From: Candidatus Moraniibacteriota bacterium
GTDB lineage: Bacteria; Patescibacteriota; Minisyncoccia; Moranbacterales; GWC2-37-73
DNA length: 32,000 nt
Reading direction: 5' to 3'
NCBI GenBank assembly: GCA_013336225.1
Contig: JAAXUC010000007.1
Location: forward strand, 27,554 to 59,553
The notes under the pieces were generated by a model that ran no database searches, was not told the origin of the DNA, and was given only the letters and a program-made list of their open reading frames with translations. Positions 25,118 through 32,000 of the stretch are shown one piece after another. How positions within the stretch are numbered: the first letter of the stretch is position 1; each line of letters begins with the position of its first letter. A program made the translations under genes and the position numbers.

Positions 25118-26176
25118 ATGAATCGTAAAAAAATTGAAATGCTGCTTGGCTCGTTGACGATGGTTGTGGCTTTTTTTTCATGGCTATCCGTGAAAAGTGC
25201 CATTGTTGTGCCTGACTCCAGCACTTGGATGGTTCCAATGGTTCTTTTTTCATTATATGCTGTCTTAATTTGTTCAGATGTCATTCTTTTTCGCAGCGTG
25301 CTGGCCTTAGAGCTTGTTTTGATTGGTTCACTTTTGCTGAGCGCTGTTTTTGCTTTTCACTGGATTCAATTTGTTGCAATTTTGCTTGGCGCATATTTCA
25401 TATTTTTGTCATCAAGAAAAATCAGGGAAGACATGGATTTGAATGTTAAAATCAGCATTTGGAAATCGTTGCAAGTTGGCAAGACATATTTGCTCATTGC
25501 TCTGAGCTTAGTGATTGCAGCACAATACTTTTTTGTGATGAACAGTTTTGATGGAGAGAAAAAAGTTCCACATTTTGATGTGAGTTTTATCACGAAGAAA
25601 GTTGCCATTCCTTTTGTCTCAGCAATCAATCCACAATTTGCAGTGCTCAAGGATGAAACATTGACTGTTGACCAATTCATTTTGCAATCTCAACAAAATG
25701 CTCTTGAGAATGTTGGCATGTCAGAAGAAAATGAGAAAATTTTGGATGAAAATATTCCAACCAACCTCACGCCTTTGCAAAAAGAAGATCTCAAGAAGCA
25801 GGCTATTGAAAATTTCACTGGTGCGCAAACTCAACTTTTGCAAAAAAATCAAGAACTTATTTTGAAAAATGGCAGGAAACAATTCAGTGATCAGGTGGGT
25901 GTTACATTGACCGGAAGTGAAAAAATTTCAGATGTGTTCACTGGGCTTGTGAGCAGCAAGATTGATGATTATTTCAATCCAAAGGTTTCTGGTGGAGAAA
26001 AAAGTTCTGTTTTCCCAATGATTTTGGCAGCAGTGTTGCTTTTGACTATTTATCCGTTGGGTTCAATTTTGAGCATTGCTTGGTTTCTGATTGTGAAATT
26101 GGTGATAATTGCTTTACTGAAATTTAAAGTCATGAGTGTTGGCGTGATGACTGTTTCAAAGGAAACTCTTGAATAA
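25118..26176 (+). CDS. Multi-pass membrane protein, unknown function
   Basis: About 4 N-terminal and 2 C-terminal hydrophobic helices flank a polar central region. No SD. Confidence 0.8.
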   Translation: MNRKKIEMLLGSLTMVVAFFSWLSVKSAIVVPDSSTWMVPMVLFSLYAVLICSDVILFRSVLALELVLIGSLLLSAVFAFHWIQFVAILLGAYFIFLSSRKIREDMDLNVKISIWKSLQVGKTYLLIALSLVIAAQYFFVMNSFDGEKKVPHFDVSFITKKVAIPFVSAINPQFAVLKDETLTVDQFILQSQQNALENVGMSEENEKILDENIPTNLTPLQKEDLKKQAIENFTGAQTQLLQKNQELILKNGRKQFSDQVGVTLTGSEKISDVFTGLVSSKIDDYFNPKVSGGEKSSVFPMILAAVLLLTIYPLGSILSIAWFLIVKLVIIALLKFKVMSVGVMTVSKETLE

Positions 26177-26226
26177 TTAAATACGGCTTGCTCGTGGAGT
26201 ATTTTGGAATCAATTGTGATATGTGG

Positions 26227-26342
26227 TTTTTGCTTCGCCTATTTCCTCTTGAGAGCACGCTTCGCAGCCGAAATCTATGGCTGCTCACTCGGACCTCGCT
26301 CTCGCTCGCTACGGCTTCAAGAGAAAACAGGCGAAGCAAAAA
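26227..26342. other. 116-nt GC-rich long hairpin (candidate structured RNA or palindromic element)
   Basis: The 26-nt arms tttttgcttcgcctatttcctcttga / tcaagagaaaacaggcgaagcaaaaa have 2 mismatches. They enclose a 64-nt GC-rich core with an inner stem gcagcc/ggctgc. Confidence 0.4.
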
Positions 26343-26388
26343 TGCGAGTTAATTTTTGAAATCATATGTTGTGTATATTTCCTGAAGT

Positions 26389-26425
26389 TATAATCCAATT
26401 AGCACTCCCGGCAAGGGATTGCTAA
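26389..26425 (+). promoter_or_regulatory. TATAAT -10 box plus second CIRCE operator upstream of dnaJ
   Basis: TATAAT spans 26389-26394. CIRCE TTAGCACTC-ccggcaagg-GATTGCTAA spans 26399-26425, with one mismatch in the right arm. No convincing -35 was found. Confidence 0.8.
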
Positions 26426-26489
26426 TTTTTTTATTTGGTTGTATTATATATTGGTAACAAAATAGGTAAAATGGTAAATATTTGTATAT

Positions 26490-27584
26490 ATGGCTGACTA
26501 TTATAAAATTTTAGGTGTTGATAAGAACTCATCCGATGATGAGATTAAAAAGGCTTATCGAAAGCTTGCTCACAAGCATCATCCAGACAAGCAAGGTGGA
26601 GATGCGGAAAAATTCAAGGAAATCAATGCGGCCTATCAAGTGCTTTCGGACAAATCCAAGCGTCAGCAATATGACCAATTCGGATCTGGCTTTGAGCAGC
26701 GAGGTGGTGGTGGCGGATTTGGTGGTTTTGGAGGCCAGGGTTTCAGTGGCTTTTCTCAAGGCGGGCAAGATTTTGATTTTGGCGACGGGTTTGAAGACAT
26801 TTTTTCAAACATTTTTGGTGGCGGTCAAAGTGGTGGAAGAAAACAGGACATGCGAAAAGCTGGCAATGACATTCAGGTGGATGTGGAAATGAATTTTGAG
26901 GAGATGGTGAATGGTGCTCATCGTGAAATTGAATTGTATCAGCGAGTGCTTTGTGATGTTTGCGCTGGATCTGGCGGCGAGCCAGGAGCAAAAGAGCAGA
27001 CCTGCGAAACTTGCAAAGGCAGCGGAAAGATTCACAAGACTGTGAGCAGCTTCTTTGGTTCATTTTCACAAGCCTATGTTTGTCCATCTTGCCAAGGGAT
27101 GGGAAAAACTTTTTCACAAAAATGTCACAAATGTCGTGGGGAGGGCAGAGTTAAGCAAGCTCGCAAAATTCCAGTTGACCTTCCGGCAGGAATTTCTGAT
27201 GGACAAACTGTTTCAATGCAAGGACAAGGTGAAGCGGGAGAGCGCGGCGCACAATCTGGAGATTTATACATCACAGTGCATATCACAAAGCATCCTAAAT
27301 TTACACGTGAAGGAAATAATTTGCTTTCAACTGAAACGATTTCATTTTCGCAGGCTGCACTTGGAGATAAAATAAATGTTGCAACAATTGATGAAGTTGT
27401 GAAAATGAAAATTCCTGCCGGCACGCAATCTGGAGAAATGTTTCGCATCAAGGGGCAGGGTGTTCCAAGCCTTGGTCGCACCAATCGCGGCGACCATTTG
27501 GTGAAAATCATTGTTCAGGTGCCAAAAAACCTCTCTCGCGACCAAAGAAAAATTTTGGAAGAGTTGCAAAAAGAGGGACTTTAA
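26490..27584 (+). CDS. dnaJ: Molecular chaperone DnaJ (type I)
   Basis: J domain with HPD, a G/F-rich region, and four CxxCxGxG motifs ([32 protein letters not shown]). Confidence 0.96.
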   Translation: MADYYKILGVDKNSSDDEIKKAYRKLAHKHHPDKQGGDAEKFKEINAAYQVLSDKSKRQQYDQFGSGFEQRGGGGGFGGFGGQGFSGFSQGGQDFDFGDGFEDIFSNIFGGGQSGGRKQDMRKAGNDIQVDVEMNFEEMVNGAHREIELYQRVLCDVCAGSGGEPGAKEQTCETCKGSGKIHKTVSSFFGSFSQAYVCPSCQGMGKTFSQKCHKCRGEGRVKQARKIPVDLPAGISDGQTVSMQGQGEAGERGAQSGDLYITVHITKHPKFTREGNNLLSTETISFSQAALGDKINVATIDEVVKMKIPAGTQSGEMFRIKGQGVPSLGRTNRGDHLVKIIVQVPKNLSRDQRKILEELQKEGL

Positions 27585-27603
27585 AGCAAGAAACATACTT
27601 TTC

Positions 27604-27633
27604 AAAAAATGCCTCAAATGAGGCATTTTTTTG
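27604..27633 (+). terminator. Intrinsic terminator after dnaJ
   Basis: Stem atgcctca / tgaggcat, followed by a T7 run. Confidence 0.8.
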
Positions 27634-27651
27634 TTTTTGTAACAAAAATTA

Positions 27652-27680
27652 TTGACAAAAACCAATAGGGATGCTACATT
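27652..27680 (+). promoter_or_regulatory. Promoter of the giant repeat-protein gene
   Basis: TTGACA (27652-27657), 17-nt spacer ending in TGc, TACATT (27675-27680). Confidence 0.55.
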
Positions 27681-27747
27681 TTGCTGTCATCTCTTTTGGT
27701 TGATATTTTGTTTAAATTGTTTATAATTTTTTTATATATTTATCCTT

Positions 27748-30700
27748 ATGACCTGGTTTAAAAGCAAGCTGACAAGTATGCAGAAATCTTTAAGTGGCGC
27801 ATCAACAATCGTTAAAAAGAAATTTGATCTTAAGAAATCGACCGCAGTTTTGCTTGTGGTTTTTTTATTGTCCGGAATCGCTTTGGTGCAAGTCAATGCG
27901 CAGACAAAGAAAGTCATCGATGCGTATATTCTGGATATCACACACAGGATTAGAAATAATGATATTTCAAAAAAAGCAAAAATAAGTTACAAAAAACTCG
28001 GACTTAGAAATTCTATCAGATCAAAAGATATTAAAAATGGCGAAGTTAAAACATCTGACATTAAAGATGGTGCAGTGACACTTGCCAAGCTTGCTGGAAA
28101 CGTCATTGGACAAATCGCTGTTCAAAATGGAACAATCTCCTCAGGCTCAATTCAAGATGGCGCTATCGTGACGATTAAGCTGGCCGATGGATCAGTGACG
28201 ACTGTGAAGATTGAAGATGGAGCTGTTGATACCAATAAACTTGCTAATGACAGTGTGACCAGTGCTAAGATTGCAAATGGCACAATCAATAGCATTGACC
28301 TTAATGATGGAATCATCACTGATGTGAAATTGGCTGACGGAGCTGTGACGACTGCCAAAATTTTGGATGGTTCAATCACGGCTGGCAAATTGGAAGCAGG
28401 ACTTTTGGCTTCCATCACTTTGGCTGATGGCAGCGTGACCACAATTAAGCTTGCTGACGGCGCAGTTACTGATGTGAAATTGGCTGACGGATCAGTGACA
28501 ACTGCCAAGCTTTTGGATAATGCAGTTGTGACGAGCAAATTGGCTGATGGTAGTGTGACTGATGTGAAAATTGTCGATGGTGCAATCACCAATGGAAAAT
28601 TGGCTGATGGATCAGTGACCACTTTGAAACTTGCTGATGACTCTGTAACCAGCGCCAAGATTGTGGATGGATCAGTGCAAACACTTGATTTGATTGATGG
28701 CATCATTACTAATGTTAAACTTGCTGACAACAGTGTGACGACCGCCAAAATTTTGGACGGTTCAATTACGGCTGGAAAAATTGCCAATGGAGCAATTCTT
28801 GCAGTTAGTTTGGCTGATGGTAGTGTGACTAATGCAAAAATCGCTGATGGGGCAATTGATAGTTTGAAACTGGCTGATGATTCTGTGACCAGCGCAAAAA
28901 TCCTTGACTCTGCTGTGACTGCCAGCAAATTGGCTGACGACAGTGTAACCGCAGTTAAGATTGTTGATGGAGCTGTGACCAATGGAAAACTTGCTGATGG
29001 ATCAGTGACCACAATTAAAATAGGGGACGACGCAATTACAACTGCAAAAATTGTTGACGGCACAATCGTGGGACAAGATCTTGCTGATTCAATAATCAGC
29101 TCTATTAAGATTGCTGATGGTGCTGTGACAGCAATTAAGATTGCTGATGATGCAATCATCACGGCAAAGATTGCAGACGGAGCTGTGACTAATGGAAAAC
29201 TTGCAAATGACGCTGTGGCCACAATCAATCTTATTGATGGCAGTGTTGTGACAACTAAAATTGCTGACGGAGCTATCGTTAATGCAAAAATTGGTGATCA
29301 GGAAATTAGTGGCGCAAAATTGGCTGCAAATATAACTATTGATACCACTGGTTCAATCACGGCTGCATCATTTACTGACGGCGTTGCCACTATTGCTGGT
29401 GGAGATATTACAGCTAATAATATTTCTATCCTAGGTTCAATCACCTCAGCTGTTGGTGGATTTGTGGGAGACCTTGTTGGAAATGTAATCGGAAATGTGA
29501 CGGGAAATGTCACCGGAAATCTTTTTGGAAATGCTGACAGTGCAACCAATGCTGATAATGCGACAACTGTCACTGATGGTGTATATACAACTGGCTCATA
29601 TGCTGATCCTGCTTGGATCACAAGTTTGAATGCTGTTAAGTTGTTTGGAGTCTTCACTGGAAATGTTGTCGGCAATGTGCTGGGAAATTTGACTGGAAAC
29701 GTGACTGGAGACGTCACTGGAAATCTCTTTGGAAATGCTGATAGTGTTACCAATGGAATCTATTCAACTGGTTCATATAGTGACCCAGCTTGGCTTAGCG
29801 GAATTGGAGCTTCCAAGATTATCGGAACGATTGTTGGAACGCAAGTTGCTGATGGCACACTTACTGGCGGAAAATTGGCTTCTGACGGCAGCATGGTTAA
29901 GTCAATCGTGGCTGGGCCAAATGTGACGGCAACTAATAATAATGATGGAACTTGGACAATTGATATTTCCGGGGGCGTGGGACTTGGAACTATCACTGGC
30001 GTGACCGCAGGCGATGGTCTTGTTGGTGGCGGAAATATTGGAGATGTCACTTTGGATATAGGCGCTGGAACAGGAATGGTTGTGGGTGTGAATACGATTG
30101 GAATTGCAGATGCTGGAGTCAACACTCAGCAAATTGCTGATGGCAGTGTGGTTGCAAGCAAATTGGCTGATGGCAGCGTGATCACTTCAAAAATTGCTGA
30201 TGGCGCAGTTACTGGTGGAAAAATTGCTGCTGGAACTATTTTGGACACCATGTTGGCTGACGGATCAGTGACCACTTCAAAATTGGTTGATAATGCTGTG
30301 ACGGGAATTAAGCTTGCTGATGACAGCGTGGGGACTTCAAAACTTCAAAACTTGGCAGTGACAACCGTCAAGCTGGCTGATGGAAGTGTGACTGCGGCAA
30401 AAATTTTGGATGCCACCATTACGGCTGGAAAAATTGTTGATGGGACTATCACCACAATCAAACTTGCTGATGACAGTGTGACCACTGCTAAAATTGTGGA
30501 TGGAACAATCATGGCTACTGATTTGGCTGATGGAATCATCACCACAATTAAACTTGCTGATGACAGCGTGACCACTGCTAAAATTGTGGATGGAGCTGTT
30601 ACTGCTGGAAAACTTGCTGATGGGAGTGTTGTTAGTTTGAGTCTGGCAGATGGATCAGTGACAACTGCTAAAGTTGCTGACGGTGCAATTACTGATATTA

Positions 30701-32000
30701 AGCTTGCTGATGACAGCGTGACCACTGCTAAAATTTTGGACAGCGCTGTGACTACCGGAAAACTTGCTGACGGAAGTGTTGTCACAAGCAAAATCGCAGA
30801 TGCAACCATCACTTCAGGAAAAATTGCAGACAGTGCAATCACCCCTGCTCATCTTGCTGATAGTGCTGTTACCAATGCCAAGCTTGCAGCTGACGCTGTG
30901 ACAACTGACAAAATTGCTGACGGCACAATCGTGGGAGCTGATTTAGCCTCAGATATTGATATCACAACTACTGGTGTGGTTGTTGCTACTGGTTTCGTGG
31001 GTGATATGATTGGAAACATTTCTGGCAACGCTGAAACTGTGACTGACGGAATTTATGGTTTGGTTGATAATACTTTCTCTGGGGTTAATACTTTTGCTCA
31101 AACGATTGTGGGAAACATTTCTGGTAATGCTGGAACTGTGACTGACGGAGTTTATGCAACAACTGATCAAACAATTTCAGGTATCAAGACATTTACCAAC
31201 GGAATCATTTCTGATGTAACTGGAAACTTGACTGGCGATGTTGCTGGAAACGTTACTGGAGATGTGACGGGAAATGTTGTTGGTGATTTAACTGGAAATG
31301 TAACTGGAGACGTAACTGGAGACGTAATCGGAAACGTGACTGGCGATGTGACTGGTGATCTAACCGGAAATGTTGTTGGCGACGTCACTGGAAATTTGAC
31401 TGGTGATGTTATTGGAAATGTAACAGGCGATGTGGTTGGAAACGTTGTTGGAAATTTAACTGGCGACGTCACTGGAAATCTTTTTGGAAATGCAACCACA
31501 GCTACAACTGCAGACACCGTGCTTGATGGAGCAATCACCAACGTCAAGCTTGCAGCTGACGCTGTGACAACTGACAAAATTGCTGACGGCACAATCGTGG
31601 GAGCTGATTTAGCCTCAGATATTGATATCACAACTACTGGTGTGGTTGTTGCTACTGGTTTCGTGGGTGATATGATTGGAAACATTTCTGGCAACGCTGA
31701 AACTGTGACTGACGGAATTTATGGTTTGGTTGATAATACTTTCTCTGGGGTTAATACTTTTGCTCAAACAATTGTTGGAAACATTTCTGGTAATGCGGAA
31801 ACTGTGACCAATGGTGTGTATGCAATCGGAGATCAGACAATTGCTGGAGTTAAAACATTTACATCTGACATTATTGGAAACATCACAGGCAATGCAGCAA
31901 CTGTGACTGATGGAGTTTATGCGACAACTGATCAAACAATTTCAGGTATCAAGACATTTACCAATGGTATCGTTTCAAACGTTACTGGAAATGTAACAGG
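27748..32000 (+). CDS. Giant secreted/surface repeat protein, 3'-partial (at least 1417 codons)
   Basis: My codon-by-codon translation of frame 1 from ATG 27748 found no stop up to nt 32000. The N-terminus is signal-peptide-like (KKKFDLKKSTAVLLVVFLLSGIALVQVNA-Q). It is missing from the ORF track because there is no stop inside the window. Confidence 0.85.
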   Translation, partial: MTWFKSKLTSMQKSLSGASTIVKKKFDLKKSTAVLLVVFLLSGIALVQVNAQTKKVIDAYILDITHRIRNNDISKKAKISYKKLGLRNSIRSKDIKNGEVKTSDIKDGAVTLAKLAGNVIGQIAVQNGTISSGSIQDGAIVTIKLADGSVTTVKIEDGAVDTNKLANDSVTSAKIANGTINSIDLNDGIITDVKLADGAVTTAKILDGSITAGKLEAGLLASITLADGSVTTIKLADGAVTDVKLADGSVTTAKLLDNAVVTSKLADGSVTDVKIVDGAITNGKLADGSVTTLKLADDSVTSAKIVDGSVQTLDLIDGIITNVKLADNSVTTAKILDGSITAGKIANGAILAVSLADGSVTNAKIADGAIDSLKLADDSVTSAKILDSAVTASKLADDSVTAVKIVDGAVTNGKLADGSVTTIKIGDDAITTAKIVDGTIVGQDLADSIISSIKIADGAVTAIKIADDAIITAKIADGAVTNGKLANDAVATINLIDGSVVTTKIADGAIVNAKIGDQEISGAKLAANITIDTTGSITAASFTDGVATIAGGDITANNISILGSITSAVGGFVGDLVGNVIGNVTGNVTGNLFGNADSATNADNATTVTDGVYTTGSYADPAWITSLNAVKLFGVFTGNVVGNVLGNLTGNVTGDVTGNLFGNADSVTNGIYSTGSYSDPAWLSGIGASKIIGTIVGTQVADGTLTGGKLASDGSMVKSIVAGPNVTATNNNDGTWTIDISGGVGLGTITGVTAGDGLVGGGNIGDVTLDIGAGTGMVVGVNTIGIADAGVNTQQIADGSVVASKLADGSVITSKIADGAVTGGKIAAGTILDTMLADGSVTTSKLVDNAVTGIKLADDSVGTSKLQNLAVTTVKLADGSVTAAKILDATITAGKIVDGTITTIKLADDSVTTAKIVDGTIMATDLADGIITTIKLADDSVTTAKIVDGAVTAGKLADGSVVSLSLADGSVTTAKVADGAITDIKLADDSVTTAKILDSAVTTGKLADGSVVTSKIADATITSGKIADSAITPAHLADSAVTNAKLAADAVTTDKIADGTIVGADLASDIDITTTGVVVATGFVGDMIGNISGNAETVTDGIYGLVDNTFSGVNTFAQTIVGNISGNAGTVTDGVYATTDQTISGIKTFTNGIISDVTGNLTGDVAGNVTGDVTGNVVGDLTGNVTGDVTGDVIGNVTGDVTGDLTGNVVGDVTGNLTGDVIGNVTGDVVGNVVGNLTGDVTGNLFGNATTATTADTVLDGAITNVKLAADAVTTDKIADGTIVGADLASDIDITTTGVVVATGFVGDMIGNISGNAETVTDGIYGLVDNTFSGVNTFAQTIVGNISGNAETVTNGVYAIGDQTIAGVKTFTSDIIGNITGNAATVTDGVYATTDQTISGIKTFTNGIVSNVTGNVT
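28051..29340 (+). repeat. Coding array A: 43 uninterrupted 30-nt (decapeptide) units
   Basis: Consensus x-x-K-[LI]-A-D-G-[SA]-[VI]-T, for example TIKLADGAVT DVKLADGSVT TAKLLDNAVV. No indel across 1290 nt. Confidence 0.9.
29470..29733 (+). repeat. Two short tetrapeptide arrays, each followed by a TDGxY..GSYxDPAW module
   Basis: 29470-29529 has 5 units (DLVG NVIG NVTG NVTG NLFG). 29662-29733 has 6 units ending in NLFG. Confidence 0.8.
30124..30963 (+). repeat. Coding array B: 28 uninterrupted decapeptide units
   Basis: Same consensus and register as array A, running from TQQIADGSVV to GADLASDIDI. Confidence 0.9.
30880..31103 (+). repeat. Intragenic duplication, copy 1
   Basis: Base-for-base identical by eye to 31546-31769 (224 nt, offset 666 nt). 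Confidence 0.85.
31213..31488 (+). repeat. Coding array: 23 uninterrupted 12-nt (tetrapeptide) units [DN]-[VL]-[TVIAF]-G
   Basis: DVTG NLTG DVAG NVTG ... DVTG NLFG, ending in the same NLFG-N-A cap as the smaller arrays. Confidence 0.9.
31546..31769 (+). repeat. Intragenic duplication, copy 2
   Basis: Identical to 30880-31103. Similarity continues with scattered mismatches to about 31795. Confidence 0.85.

Noticed and set aside
26356-26394. A full -35/-10 promoter for dnaJ
   Set aside because: Only the TATAAT box at 26389-26394 is convincing. TTGAAA at 26356 is 27 nt away and TTGTGT at 26369 gives a 14-nt spacer, so only the -10 box and CIRCE are reported.
374-27665. Numerous 60-210 aa ORFs nested inside or antisense to recognised genes (for example 10374..10847, 10860..11498, 7113..7649, 19417..19911, 27125..27511)
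   Set aside because: They lie entirely within confidently identified conserved genes in other frames or on the other strand, with no independent signals. They are treated as shadow ORFs.
28051-30963. 30-nt periodic repeats as a possible CRISPR array
   Set aside because: There is no repeat/spacer alternation. The period is an exact multiple of 3, in frame, and conserved at the amino-acid rather than the nucleotide level. No cas genes are present.
30880-31795. Near-identical 224-250 nt repeats as a diversity-generating retroelement TR/VR pair
   Set aside because: The first 224 nt are identical. The few later mismatches (G/A, G/T, T/G) are not adenine-specific. Both copies are in frame within one gene, and no reverse transcriptase is in the window.
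28152-31935. Long minus-strand ORFs in the track (28152..29228, 29298..29753, 29760..30125, 29902..30132, 30345..30842, 30949..31170, 31167..31694, 31615..31935)
   Set aside because: They are mirror-frame shadows of the plus-strand giant ORF. Their translations are monotonous reverse-complement repeats (SAILIAVTAPSA..., PVTSPVTFP...), they are fragmented, and they have no start signals. The plus frame is continuous for 1417 codons and has a signal peptide and a promoter.
1-32000. Alternative genetic code (UGA recoding, as in some CPR-related lineages)
   Set aside because: cysS terminates at TGA, and the recognisable genes read through at full length with no in-frame TGA. The standard bacterial code fits.

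Overview
AT-rich, gene-dense bacterial window using the standard code: cysS ends in TGA and I saw no in-frame TGA in recognisable genes. The housekeeping backbone is mnmA, a short alaS, rplU, recR, dnaB, cysS, a corA-like gene, yidD, hrcA-grpE-dnaK and a separated dnaJ. At the left edge sits a TraD/VirD4-like P-loop ATPase with a conserved-looking partner ORF. The shortened genes (AlaRS without a C-Ala domain, a 244-aa HrcA), SD-less core genes and the CxxC-x17-CxxC ATPase tail suggest a reduced CPR/Patescibacteria-like genome; this is inference only. No rRNA, tRNA, CRISPR array, transposase or integrase was recognised. Main points for follow-up: (1) A giant secreted repeat protein starts at 27748 and is still open at 32000 (at least 1417 codons). 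It is absent from the ORF track, which shows only its minus-strand shadow ORFs. It carries nested 12-, 30-, 99- and 666-nt periodicities. (2) A roughly 6-kb cassette-like island of orphan genes lies between dnaK and dnaJ (20.4-26.3 kb). It includes HEPN-like Rx4H proteins and a possible Pol-beta-type nucleotidyltransferase, so it is a candidate toxin/defence locus, supported at motif level only. (3) Orphan genes carry canonical Shine-Dalgarno sites while the core genes have none. (4) Intergenic palindromes are built from short tandem words. One family occurs five times and embeds the TAG stop codons of four genes. (5) Two CIRCE operators are present, one overlapping a consensus promoter. All functional calls rest on motifs read by eye; no database search was possible.
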